Source: Candidatus Eiseniibacteriota bacterium
Lineage (GTDB): Bacteria > Eisenbacteria > RBG-16-71-46
Length of the DNA: 58,534 nucleotides
Direction: 5' to 3'
NCBI GenBank assembly: GCA_005893295.1
Contig: VBOY01000072.1
Span: 1 to 58,534, forward strand
Numbering within the stretch: position 1 is the first letter of the stretch; every line of letters starts with the position of its first letter. Below, one piece after another: positions 16,351 through 26,806 of this stretch. The notes beneath the pieces were generated by a model, which did no database searches, was not told where the DNA came from, and worked only from the letters and a program-made list of their open reading frames with translations. The position numbers and the translations under genes were made by a program.

Positions 16351-17643
16351 ATGAACTCCCTCGGCCGGCCTTCCACGATTCTCCTCCTCGCTCTCGCTCT
16401 TCTTTCCTGCGGGTCCTGGCGAAGCGGCCGCGCCGCTTCCGCCCCGGATACCTTGGCTTTCGAGCCGAGCCCTCCGGACACCGGCCTCTTCGAGCCGGTC
16501 GCTCCGGCCGACGCGTCTCTCGACGAGGAGTGGCTGCGCGCGGCCTGGGACGATCGTTTGCTGGACGAGCCCGAGGAGTGGGGCCGGCGCGGCGAGCGCG
16601 GCCGCCTCGACGCTCACCTCGACTACAACCGCGTCGATCCGCTGCGGGTGGGCGTGGGCTGGCAGGCGCAGAGGCCGACGACCATGCGGCCGCGGCTGGG
16701 AGCCCGTCTGGAGTACGCGACCGGGCGCGAGCGCGTGCTCTACGCGGTTCAGGTCGAGCAACCGTTGGCGCCGCGAGGGATGCTGGCGGTCGGGGTCACG
16801 ATGGGGCGGCGCACCGAGCACAATCCGCTCCAGCAGGTCTCCGACGTCGAGAACAGCCTGGCGCTGCTGTTCGGGCGCCAGGACTATCGGGACTACTTCG
16901 AGCGCGAGGGATTCGGAGGCTACGTCTCCTCGCGGCTCGGCGGCGTGACGACCGCGAGCGTGAGCCTGATGAGCGAGCGTGACCGCTCGATCCCCCGCTT
17001 CCCCGGCACCCGATCCTGGCTCCACCGCCAGCGCACGCTGCGGCCGAACCCGCCGATCGAGGAGGATCGGGCTCGCATCGCGGTCGTGCGTCTCGAGCGC
17101 TGGCTGCCGTCGTCCGGGCGCGCGCGCGCCGGATTCGCCCATCGCGTGGACTTCGAGACCGCCGGCCGTCGCCTCGGCGGTGACCAGCGGTACGACCGCG
17201 CGCTAGCCGATCTGCGCGCCCTGATTCGGACCTCCCCGGCGACCGCGCTCGCGTTGCGCGCCGTGGGCGGATCGTGCCTCGGTGGCGTCCTGCCGCCGCA
17301 GAATGAATTCGTGATCGGCGGACCCGACGGGCTGCGGGCGCATGCCACCGGCGCCTTCCGCGGCGATCAGGTGGCCTTGATGCAGGTCGAGTACAGCGTC
17401 GAGCTGTGGCACATGCGACGGGGCGTGTTCGAGGGAGGCCTGCACGCGATCGTCTTCGTCGATAGCGGGCGGGCATGGAACCACCCCGACCACGGATGGA
17501 ACGTCCAGGATCAGCGCATGGACGTGGATGGCGGCTTCGGCTTGGGCACGGCCGAGGACAACCTGCGCGTGTATTTCGCCCGCAACCTGCGCCAGCCCGA
17601 TTCGGGCTTCGTGGTCAGCGCGCGGCTGCAGCGGCCGTTCTAG
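16351..17643 (+). CDS. BamA/TamA-like (surface antigen D15 family) outer-membrane protein
   Basis: I chose the start at ATG 16351 (GGAGGA upstream; signal/lipobox-like LLALALLSCGS). The C-terminal beta-barrel signature reads ..VDSGRAWN.., VDGGFGLG and ends ..ARLQRPF. Confidence 0.55.
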   Translation: MNSLGRPSTILLLALALLSCGSWRSGRAASAPDTLAFEPSPPDTGLFEPVAPADASLDEEWLRAAWDDRLLDEPEEWGRRGERGRLDAHLDYNRVDPLRVGVGWQAQRPTTMRPRLGARLEYATGRERVLYAVQVEQPLAPRGMLAVGVTMGRRTEHNPLQQVSDVENSLALLFGRQDYRDYFEREGFGGYVSSRLGGVTTASVSLMSERDRSIPRFPGTRSWLHRQRTLRPNPPIEEDRARIAVVRLERWLPSSGRARAGFAHRVDFETAGRRLGGDQRYDRALADLRALIRTSPATALALRAVGGSCLGGVLPPQNEFVIGGPDGLRAHATGAFRGDQVALMQVEYSVELWHMRRGVFEGGLHAIVFVDSGRAWNHPDHGWNVQDQRMDVDGGFGLGTAEDNLRVYFARNLRQPDSGFVVSARLQRPF

Positions 17644-17682
17644 GCGAGCCCATCCCCGCGTGCCGTCTCGCTCCCCACGGCC

Positions 17683-18302
17683 ATGAGCTTTCCGGCGGCT
17701 TCTCGACCAGCGCCGTGCCGCTCCTTCGCGTGGTTGGTGGCCGCAGCCCTGGGGCTCGCCCACCCGGCGCGCGCGCTCGAGGTGACGGTCGGCGTCCCTC
17801 ACGAACACGGTGGCTACGTGGTGGTGGAAGCGCGATGCGCGGATCTGTTCGGACCGCGGGTCGCCGAAAGTCTCGCGCGCGGGATGCCGGCCACGCTGGT
17901 GATCCACGGCGAGCTATGGCGTAAGCGCCCAGGGACCAGTACCGCGTCGAGCGCATGGGGTCGGGGGTGCTGCAGGTCGGCACGGTGGATTCAGTGGCGA
18001 CCGCGCTGTCGCGACCCTGGGCGCTCGCGGTCGGGCGCGTCGGCCAGCTCCAGACCCACAGCCGCTACTACGTGGTGGTGTTCGCGACCCTGAAGCCGCT
18101 GAGCGTCGAGGACGTGGCAGAGGTGGAAGGCTGGCTGTCGGGCGAGGTCGAGACCAAGCGCCGCGCCGGTTTCGGCGTGATCACGGAGCTGCCACGCTCG
18201 TTGTTCGACGCGGTCCGCAATTTCGCCGGGTTCGGAGATCGGCGGGCCCGCGCATCCTCGGACGAGTTCGAGCTCAGGGATCTGTTCCCGCCGCAGAGGT
18301 AG
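17683..18302 (+). pseudogene. Periplasmic DUF4390-like protein, interrupted by a 1-nt frameshift as assembled
   Basis: Track ORFs 17683-18093 and 17955-18302 carry the two halves in different frames. Sensible sequence switches frame around 17926-17934 (..HGELWRKR | RDQYRVERMGSGVLQVG..). A signal peptide is present at the N-terminus. The family assignment is tentative. Confidence 0.45.
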
Positions 18303-18304
18303 CT

Positions 18305-19318
18305 TCAGCGAGCCAGCGTGATCGCGACCGCGGGTTCGCTCGTGCCGCGCAGCCGGGCGAGCAGAACTCCCGGTGCCAGCGCGCGCCCGCCGGAGCTTAG
18401 GCCATCCCAGCGCCAGGTCCACCCGCCGCCGGCCGGCGCCGCGTCCGCAGTCGCCACCAGGCGCCCCGCGACGTCGAACAGGTCGAGCGGGCGAGCCTCA
18501 CCGCCCGAGCGCCGGAAGCTCAAGGCGCCGCGGGTGGGATTCGGGAACGCCACCAGCGAGGAGACCGCCGCGGGAGGATTGCCCGAAGCGAGGGCGAGCA
18601 AGAACGCTTCGAGGCCGGGCACCGAGCGGGGCGCGGCGATCGCCACGTTCTCGATCGTTCCGGACGCGTTGGCGAGCGCATCGCCGAACAGCGCCCGGAA
18701 GTCCTCGGCGAAGATCTCGTGGGGGCGGTCGGCGTGGCGGGCGCTCGGGCCGTACACCATGGGATCCGAGATGCCGCGCAGGACCCGGTAGCGCGACCAC
18801 AGGGACTCGGCCGCGTCCGGCATGAAGCCCAAGTGCACGACGTGCCCCAGCTCGTGAGTGAACTCGGCGTGCTGGTGCTCGGCGCTCAGTGGAACGACGC
18901 CGGGAGCGAGCAGGATCAGGCCTGGCCCCGCGGCGGATGCGAAGCCGGCGCGGCGTGGATACGGCAACAGGAACACTTCGGCCGACACGCCCGCGAGCGA
19001 GTAGCGAACCGCCGCCAGCGCCGCGCGCACCTCGTGCTCGTCGAACGGGTGAAACGCCCCGTCCCCCTGGTTCGAGATCGCCGGATCGGTCGGGCTCGTC
19101 ACCAGCTCGTACCGCGCGCCACCGGGAAGCACCAACCACAGGATCCCGTCTTCGTCGCGGCAGAAGTCGCGCAGAGTCTCTTCGGCGCCGTGGATCTCGA
19201 TGCCGTGGGCCGAGGCCCCGCTAGCGAGCTCGTCGGCGCGCGCGGCGAGAGCAGCGGTACAGATCGCGCCGAGGGCGGCGCCGCCGAGCGTGACGAGAGT
19301 GGCGAACGAGAGCCTCAT
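18305..19318 (-). CDS. Secreted HExxH zinc metallopeptidase-like protein with a FlgD-Ig/T9SS-type C-terminal domain
   Basis: 337 aa with a signal peptide and the motif HELGHVVH. The C-terminus reads AFPNPTRGALSFRR...LFDVAGRLV...WDGLSSGGRALAPGVLLARL. Confidence 0.6.
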   Translation of the reverse strand: MRLSFATLVTLGGAALGAICTAALAARADELASGASAHGIEIHGAEETLRDFCRDEDGILWLVLPGGARYELVTSPTDPAISNQGDGAFHPFDEHEVRAALAAVRYSLAGVSAEVFLLPYPRRAGFASAAGPGLILLAPGVVPLSAEHQHAEFTHELGHVVHLGFMPDAAESLWSRYRVLRGISDPMVYGPSARHADRPHEIFAEDFRALFGDALANASGTIENVAIAAPRSVPGLEAFLLALASGNPPAAVSSLVAFPNPTRGALSFRRSGGEARPLDLFDVAGRLVATADAAPAGGGWTWRWDGLSSGGRALAPGVLLARLRGTSEPAVAITLAR

Positions 19319-19333
19319 GCTCGCTCGTGAATC

Positions 19334-19348
19334 GCCACGAATGTGCCA
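19334..19348 (-). promoter_or_regulatory. Possible sigma-54 promoter (weak support)
   Basis: The reverse strand reads TGGCAC-ATTCG-TGGC (GG-N10-GC). However, the predicted start site is only about 4 nt from ATG 19318. Confidence 0.3.
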
Positions 19349-19522
19349 GTGAGGGGGCCCGCGGGCTGGTCAATGCACGCGCGTCAACGTGTTGCGGAGG
19401 CGATCGATGGGCCAGCGCGACCACTCGGCTGAGGAGCCTCTCTCGCGGCCCGCTTGGGGAAGCTCGCCCAAACCAGGCTCAAAGACGGGCCCGAAGACCC
19501 GTCCCAAGGGACCTCGAGGGGT

Positions 19523-20520
19523 TCAGGCCCCCGATGCGGGGGGAGCCACGAGATCCGGGGCCATCGGGGCCGCCCCGCCCAACGCTCCCTTGGGCGCACC
19601 GCCGAACCGCGAGAGCAAGAACGCGCCGGTTCCGATCTGGGTCAGGCCGAGGACCAGCAGAACGCCTAAGAGCCCGAAGAACAGCGCGGCGGGCCGCGCC
19701 ATGCCCGGAACCACGAGCAACACGACCCCGACGGCGAAGAACGCCGCGACCAACAGGCTGCCCGCCACGATCGGGACGAACCGTCGCGGCCCCGAGACCG
19801 GACGGTTCGTGAGCCGGCAGCCCAGGACGTAGGTCGCCGCGATCTGCCCGGCATACTGGAGCACCGTGTAAGCGATCGGAAGCAGGCACGCGAGCGGGAT
19901 CCCGATCACGGTCACGAACAGCAGCACGAGCAGCAGGAAAAAGCCGGGAATCGAAGCCAAGCCGACGAAGAACGACGCGACGGTGCGCTGGGACGCCGTG
20001 GTGGCCACGCGCACCAGACGCTGGGGGAACAGTCCCACGAAGACCCAGCCCGCGAACAACGTCACCAGCCAGCCCATGAAGACCGCGCCCAGCAGAACGG
20101 GAACCGCCGGCACCCCCCACGGCACCGGGAAGAAGCTGAGCGAGACGCTCTGCCCGTTCACGGTCGCGCCTTCCGCCTGGTCGAGTCGGCCACCGACCGC
20201 GACGGCGTCGCCGTCGACGACCGCGTTCTCGTCCAGGTGCACCGAGCCGAGCACCGCCACGACGGTGCCGTCCACGCGGCCGGCGACACGCACCGAGCCG
20301 AACACCGCCACGACGTCGCCCGATACGCGGCGGCCCGCTCGTCGATCGTGACCACGCCGCCCGAGGCGGTGTCGAAATCGGCGGTGCCGCTGCTGTCGGT
20401 CTCGATCACCACGCCATGCCGGTCCACGTGGACCCGCTTGACGTCGCGGCCGAGGGCCGGCCCGGCAAGCAACGCCAGGGATGCCAGGGTGAAGCCGACG
20501 GGACGGAGCCGCGAACGCAT
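19523..20520 (-). pseudogene. Membrane protein with a signal peptide, a beta-helical (bactofilin-like) repeat ectodomain and C-terminal TM helices; frameshifted as assembled
   Basis: ATG 20520 lies 4 nt after the anti-sigma stop (MRSRLRPVGFTLASLALLAGPALG...). That frame (track ORF 20158-20637) degenerates after ..VVTIDERA. The other frame (track ORF 19523-20311) continues with ..SGDVVAVFGSVRVAGRVDGTVVAVLGSVHLDENAVVDGDAVAVGG and then 4-5 TM segments. The frame switch is near 20325-20345. Confidence 0.5.
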
Positions 20521-20524
20521 CCGC

Positions 20525-21145
20525 TCAGAATCCAAGCAGAGCCACATGCCGGACCTCCCCGGGCGCGCCGCGCCGCGGACGCATCCACCAGAAGACCGCG
20601 GCGCACGCGAGCGTGGCCGAGACCAGGACGGATGCAATCGCGGGTTGCGAGAGCGGAAGGGCGAGGGCCCGTACGAGCGGCGCGAGCCGTTCCATCATCG
20701 CCCCCGCCACTTCCCATCCGTGGAGCAGGCGCAGCCACGAGAACATCAACGAGTGGACGACGAATAGTCCGGCTTGAACCACGCTCAAGTACGCTTGGCC
20801 GAGGCGCCCCGCCAGCCACACGTGAGTTTCCGCGCGGGCGATCCACGAGACGAACAGGTATGTGCTGATCGCCGAGACCGCGGTATAGGCCCAGCCCACC
20901 GCGGTCACGATCCGGCGCCGCAACCGCGATGGCAGCACGCGATCCAGGATGCGCTCGGTGAACACGGGGCCGGGATCCTGGACCCGAAGGGCTCCCAGCG
21001 TGCCGAACAGGAACGAGTAGGCGCGCGCCTCCGCTCCACAGGCGTCGCAGCCCTCGAGGTGGACGCGGAAGGCGTGAGCCTCGGCGGCGGACAGGTCCCC
21101 GTCCAATAGGAGCTGGACCTTCTCTCGTTCCGGGCACCGGGTCAT
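20525..21145 (-). CDS. Anti-sigma factor (zf-HC2 type), multi-pass membrane protein
   Basis: 206 aa. The N-terminal zf-HC2 motif is LLLDGDLSAAEAHAFRVHLEGCDACGAE, followed by several TM segments. There is a 4-nt overlap with the sigma gene. Confidence 0.75.
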   Translation of the reverse strand: MTRCPEREKVQLLLDGDLSAAEAHAFRVHLEGCDACGAEARAYSFLFGTLGALRVQDPGPVFTERILDRVLPSRLRRRIVTAVGWAYTAVSAISTYLFVSWIARAETHVWLAGRLGQAYLSVVQAGLFVVHSLMFSWLRLLHGWEVAGAMMERLAPLVRALALPLSQPAIASVLVSATLACAAVFWWMRPRRGAPGEVRHVALLGF

Positions 21146-21708
21146 GACATCCTCGCGATTCGTTCCTTGAGCAGCGCGCGCGCGCGATGGACGCGGGCCT
21201 TGACCGTGCCCAGAGGCAGGGTCAGCACCTCCGCGATCTCCTCGTACGACAGCTGCTGCTGATGGCGTAACAGAACCACGATGCGATAGTGCGGCGGCAG
21301 CGAATCGATCAGCTCCTGGCCTCGCCGCTCCTCCTCCTGGTGCTCGACCACCTCGTCGGGCCTGAGCCCCAAGTCGGGCACGTCGATCGAGTACTCTTCA
21401 TCGGTTCCTGGCTCGCGCCGGGTGAGTGGGATCGGCCGAAACTTCCCACGCCGGATGTGGTCGATGCACAGTCGCGAGGCGATCGTCATCAGCCAAGCAC
21501 CGAAGGCTCGAGTGGGATCGTAGCGATCCAGGGCCCGGAACATCCGGACGAACGTCTCCTGGGTAAGATCCTCCGCGTCCTCGGCTCGCCGCACCATTCG
21601 CAAGGCGAGCGAATACACCTGTGGCTGATACCGCTCGACCAGCTCTCGGTAGGCCCTTTCGTCACCCCTCAAGCATCGCCGAACGATGCCTTCCACGTCC
21701 CCGCTCAC
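21142..21708 (-). CDS. ECF-type RNA polymerase sigma factor (sigma-70 regions 2 and 4)
   Basis: 188 aa. Region 2 reads YRELVERYQPQVYSLALRMV..AEDLTQETFVR. Region 4 reads LSYEEIAEVLTLPLGTVKARVHRAR. Confidence 0.85.
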   Translation of the reverse strand: MSGDVEGIVRRCLRGDERAYRELVERYQPQVYSLALRMVRRAEDAEDLTQETFVRMFRALDRYDPTRAFGAWLMTIASRLCIDHIRRGKFRPIPLTRREPGTDEEYSIDVPDLGLRPDEVVEHQEEERRGQELIDSLPPHYRIVVLLRHQQQLSYEEIAEVLTLPLGTVKARVHRARALLKERIARMS

Positions 21709-21728
21709 CGCGGGCTGCCTAGCCGCGA

Positions 21729-21756
21729 TTACGGGCGGCGGGAGTGGAAAGTTTCA
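21729..21756 (-). promoter_or_regulatory. Candidate ECF-type autoregulated promoter
   Basis: The reverse strand reads TGAAAC-N17-CGTAA, resembling the ECF consensus (TGAAAC-N16-CGTA class). It ends about 20 nt before the sigma gene start. Confidence 0.4.
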
Positions 21757-21848
21757 TGGGGCCGCACCTTAAGCAGGCCGTCTCGAAACGGTCAAGACGG
21801 CCTGCCATGAGGGAGCCTTTCTTGACTTGGCGGGGAGCCGCCCCGTAG

Positions 21849-23156
<1,308 letters not shown>

Positions 23157-23210
23157 GGAGTCCCATGGAGGGCGCCGGGTTTCACGCGAACCCCGGCAGA
23201 CAAGGACGTC

Positions 23211-23573
23211 ATGCGCGACATCGGAACTCGCATCCAACGCTATCGCCTGTCCCGTTATGGACCGGCCGACGACTCCTGGCGGCGCCGCCTACGGTGGGCT
23301 TGGCCCCTGATCGGGCTGTGGCTCCTCTACGCTGGGCTGCTGAGCGAGCACAGTTGGTTCCGTCTGTGGCGGCTGAGCGCCGAGAACGAGCGGTTGCGCG
23401 CGGACCTGGAAACGACACGGGCCCAGATCGGCACCCTCGATGGCCGCTTGACCGATCCGCGGCAGCGCCAACGGTGGGGCGAGCGGACGCTCCGCGAGCG
23501 CGACGGCATGGCCCGCAAAGGCGAGATCATCTATCGCTATCAGGGCGGGGCGGCTGACAGCGCCGAACGCTAG
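23211..23573 (+). CDS. ftsB: Septum formation initiator (FtsB/DivIC family)
   Basis: 120 aa with a single TM segment followed by a coiled coil (LWRLSAENERLRADLETTRAQI) and C-terminal ..ARKGEIIYRY. It occupies the conserved position downstream of eno. Confidence 0.65.
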   Translation: MRDIGTRIQRYRLSRYGPADDSWRRRLRWAWPLIGLWLLYAGLLSEHSWFRLWRLSAENERLRADLETTRAQIGTLDGRLTDPRQRQRWGERTLRERDGMARKGEIIYRYQGGAADSAER

Positions 23574-23587
23574 GCTTACGTCCGGGT

Positions 23588-24379
23588 CTAGAAGCCAATC
23601 CCGAGCGCCATGCGCGCTCCCACTCCCCCCATGTCGAGTGACAAGGTGGGCTGGGTGTGGAGCGTCCGGTGCGTGACGACGCGACCGTCGGGGCTGGTCG
23701 AGTCGATGGTCAGCGCCAGGTTGCGGATCAACGCGTTGCGGTAGATCACGCCCAGCATCACCGAGTACCGAACGGCGAAGAACATGTGGGCTCCCACCTC
23801 GAGATAGTAGCCCGGCGCGTCCCGATCGCCCCTCTCCTTGAAGTTCCCGCCGAGCGTGGTGGCCGTGTCGGTCTGCGCCTCGGTGCGCTCGAAAATCGCC
23901 TTGTTGGCGGTGTAGCTCATGAACCCGCCACCCAGGTAAGCGCGGGCCTGGAAGTCACCCTGATTGTAGGGAGCCAGGTAGTAGGCCGCCCCGACGTGGA
24001 CCGGCACGGTCAACACCTCGGCGCGGTGCTCGATCGACTGCGAAATGCGCGGCAGGTACTCGAGATGAACGCTCGAGCGAATTTGGCCCAAGCCCGCGCT
24101 CACCGCCACGTTGGGGCGCACGAAGAAGCGCAGCTCTGCCTGGTAGTACCAGGAGGTGGTGATCTTTTCGAGAGTCTCGAGCCCCCGCGGCGCGAGCACC
24201 GTGCGGTTGTAAGTGGACAGGAAGTCGTTGAAATCGCCGCCGACGATCTGGGTCGGGTTGCTCGAGACGACCAGGCTCAAGCGGTGCACCTCGGCAGCCG
24301 CCCGCAGTCCCGGCGCCCACGCGGCGAGCACGCCGCACGCCACCCCGAACACCGCGATGACGCGTCGGATTCCAGTCAC
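23588..24379 (-). CDS. Outer-membrane beta-barrel protein, family unassigned
   Basis: 263 aa with a signal peptide, an alternating hydrophobic pattern and a C-terminal ..ALGIGF. Confidence 0.5.
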   Translation of the reverse strand: MTGIRRVIAVFGVACGVLAAWAPGLRAAAEVHRLSLVVSSNPTQIVGGDFNDFLSTYNRTVLAPRGLETLEKITTSWYYQAELRFFVRPNVAVSAGLGQIRSSVHLEYLPRISQSIEHRAEVLTVPVHVGAAYYLAPYNQGDFQARAYLGGGFMSYTANKAIFERTEAQTDTATTLGGNFKERGDRDAPGYYLEVGAHMFFAVRYSVMLGVIYRNALIRNLALTIDSTSPDGRVVTHRTLHTQPTLSLDMGGVGARMALGIGF

Positions 24380-24593
24380 CTGCGACCTCCCCTAGTCCGT
24401 TCGTGGGCAAGGCGATCCCGTAATCCCAAGTCGAGGGCGCGGAGAATAGCCAGCCGCGAACGGCCACGCAATCGAGGAAGCATTGCCAGGATGGCAGCCA
24501 TCCCAGGCCCACGCTCGAGCGGCGCCCGGGAGGCCCTCGCCGGCTCGCACGGCCTCGCGACTCGCCTCGGCCGCCGAGGCCTCGCCCGCTCGC

Positions 24594-24623
24594 TTGACAG
24601 GGCCCCGAGGAGGCGACTATGGT
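24594..24623 (+). promoter_or_regulatory. Candidate sigma-70 promoter for the tRNA
   Basis: TTGACA-N18-TATGGT, ending 11 nt before the tRNA 5' end. Confidence 0.45.
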
Positions 24624-24634
24624 CGGTCGGTTGA

Positions 24635-24711
<77 letters not shown>

Positions 24712-24765
24712 TCTGCGCCCCGGCGGGCTCGCTCGCCGGGGCGCGACCCATTTGTGGTGCTCCGC

Positions 24766-25694
24766 TCATCCGCTCTTCCGGTCGTCCCCCATGCCGCCGG
24801 ACGGCGGCTCCCCGGGCAGCGCGGGCGCGCGCAGCGGTGGACGTCCCGCCGCCTCTTGGACGTCGGCCGCGCGTTCGGCGCGCACCCAGGCGAAGAACAC
24901 CACGGTCATGACGACCCAGTAGAAGAGCCCGCCCGGGACCCACATGATGAGCCCACCCAGCTTCTGATCGTCGAGCGGGCTCAAGCCCCAGACGCGCGGC
25001 GCCGCGCTGTACCAGGGGTAGAGCACGACGTCGGCAAGGGTGATGAGCGCGGCCACGAACATCATCGGGATCCCGATCAGGAACAGATAGATCATCGTTC
25101 CCCCGGGTGACATGCGCGGGAACTCGGGGAGCGGGCTCAGGATCGGCCACCACATGATCATCGCGGTCACCATGAACTGCAGGTGCGTGACGATGTGGAC
25201 CGCGTGGTTGCGCATCATGAGGTCGTAGGCGGGCTGGAGATGCCAGCCGGTGAACGACAGGCTGTAGACGGTGAACGCCACCACCGGACGACGATCTGGA
25301 CCCAGCGCGGCCGGGTCAGCGGCCGCAGCGCGAACGCAGGCGTCCCGAGCAACAAGAGAGGCGGCGTGAGCTGGGTCAGCATCAGGTGCTGCACCATGTG
25401 GACGCTGAACAGATAGGTGTCGCTCAGGTCGTGGATCGGCCCGTTGAGCGCCAGGAACGTCGCGATCAAGCCGGTCGCGAAGGACGCGATCTGCCATCCC
25501 GACACCTTCTCCAAGGGCGCGGCGCGGTGGCGATAGGGTCCGATGGCGTAGGCGTAGAGGATCGCCAGCACGCCCAAGCCGATGATCGTGCTGTCGTGGC
25601 TCTCCCATCGCCGCCAGTCGTACAGCGGCACCGGGCGGCCGAGCCGCTCGAGCGCGGATCGAACCAACAGCGAATCCGGGATGTGGAGGATCAA
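24766..25694 (-). pseudogene. ctaG: Cytochrome c oxidase assembly factor CtaG (caa3_CtaG family), frameshifted as assembled
   Basis: The N-terminal half is in track ORF 25215-25694 (..HMVQHLMLTQLTPPLLLLGTPAFALRPLTRPRW). The C-terminal half is in track ORF 24766-25608 (RRPVVAFTVYSLSFTGWHLQPAYDLMMRNHAVHIVTHLQF...). The frame switch is near 25285-25300. Confidence 0.65.
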
Positions 25695-25704
25695 ACGGAG
25701 CAGG

Positions 25705-26019
25705 TCAGAAGACCCCGAAGAGCTTCATGAGCGCAATGATCACGAGCACGGCGAGCGAGATCGGGAGCACGAACAACCACGAGAACAAGCGATGGTCGAA
25801 CTTGAGGTGCATGTAGAACATCGCCACTAGCGCGAACTTGAGCGTCGACAGGGTGAGCAGCACGGGCACCAGCACCGGGTGCATGGCGGGGATGTAGAAC
25901 ACCGCGACCTCGACCGCCGTGATCACGGTCAGGACCACCGCGATGGCGAGGTACTCCTTGCCCTTCGGGTGCGCATGCTCGGCGGGATGGCGATCCGTCG
26001 AGTGCTGGTGATCGGTCAT
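25705..26019 (-). CDS. ctaF: Cytochrome c oxidase subunit IV (small 3-TM subunit)
   Basis: 104 aa with three hydrophobic helices, immediately downstream of subunit III. Confidence 0.65.
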   Translation of the reverse strand: MTDHQHSTDRHPAEHAHPKGKEYLAIAVVLTVITAVEVAVFYIPAMHPVLVPVLLTLSTLKFALVAMFYMHLKFDHRLFSWLFVLPISLAVLVIIALMKLFGVF

Positions 26020-26032
26020 GCTCCGTCTCTTC

Positions 26033-26638
26033 CTATTGGATCAGATAGATCAACGTGAAGATCGCGATCCACACCACGTCGACGAAGTGCCAGTAGAGTC
26101 CCGCGATCTCGACGTCGAGCGACTTCTCCTGCGGCAGCTTGCCGCGGATCGCGAGCGTGAACAAGGTCCACAGCCAGATCACCCCGATCGTCACGTGAGT
26201 GCCGTGGAACCCGGTGAGCACGTAGAACGTGCAGCCGAACAGATTCCCCTGCAGCTTGAGCCCGTCGTAGAAGAAGTGCGTGAACTCGTAGCACTGGCCG
26301 CCGACGAAGGTCATCCCGAGCAGCGCGGTGGCCGCCAGCCAGCCGGCGGTGCCGCGCCGGTCGCCATGCTGGCAGGCCGCCAGCGCCAGCACCATGGTGA
26401 GGCTGCTCATCAGCAGCACGAAGGCGCTGAACGAGGTGAACGGGATGTTCAGGACCTCGTGCGGATGGGGTCCCACGGTGTCGCGGCCGCGGTACACCAG
26501 GTAGGTCGCGATCAGTGAGCCGAAGAACATGCACTCCGAGCCCAGGAAAGCCCAGAACAGCATCTTGCGGCTGCTGAGCCCGGTGCTCGTAGGGTGCTCT
26601 TCGTGCGGCGCGGGATGCACGGCGGCGGCGACGGCCAC
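26033..26638 (-). CDS. ctaE: Cytochrome c oxidase subunit III
   Basis: 201 aa, multi-pass membrane protein with the subunit III pattern (..FWAFLGSECMFFGSLI.., ..YWHFVDVVWI..). Confidence 0.85.
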   Translation of the reverse strand: MAVAAAVHPAPHEEHPTSTGLSSRKMLFWAFLGSECMFFGSLIATYLVYRGRDTVGPHPHEVLNIPFTSFSAFVLLMSSLTMVLALAACQHGDRRGTAGWLAATALLGMTFVGGQCYEFTHFFYDGLKLQGNLFGCTFYVLTGFHGTHVTIGVIWLWTLFTLAIRGKLPQEKSLDVEIAGLYWHFVDVVWIAIFTLIYLIQ

Positions 26639-26806
26639 GTCAGAATCCTCCCAAGGAACGGGGATGGGTTATCGAGAATGGGCGAGCGGCAAGGCACCCG
26701 CGGCAGCGGGTCCGGCGCGGGAGCGGCGAGCGAGACGGTATCCGCCAGGATACGTCGCAGCGAGCCGCAACCGACGCAACGCAGCAGATACCCATTCTCG
26801 GCCGCC

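Noticed and set aside
26673-26800. Perfect 10-bp inverted repeat (CGAGAATGGG / CCCATTCTCG) bracketing the 168-nt coxI-coxIII spacer.
   Set aside because: A 10-bp match within ~130 nt is expected several times by chance in 58 kb, and the flanks do not extend the pairing.
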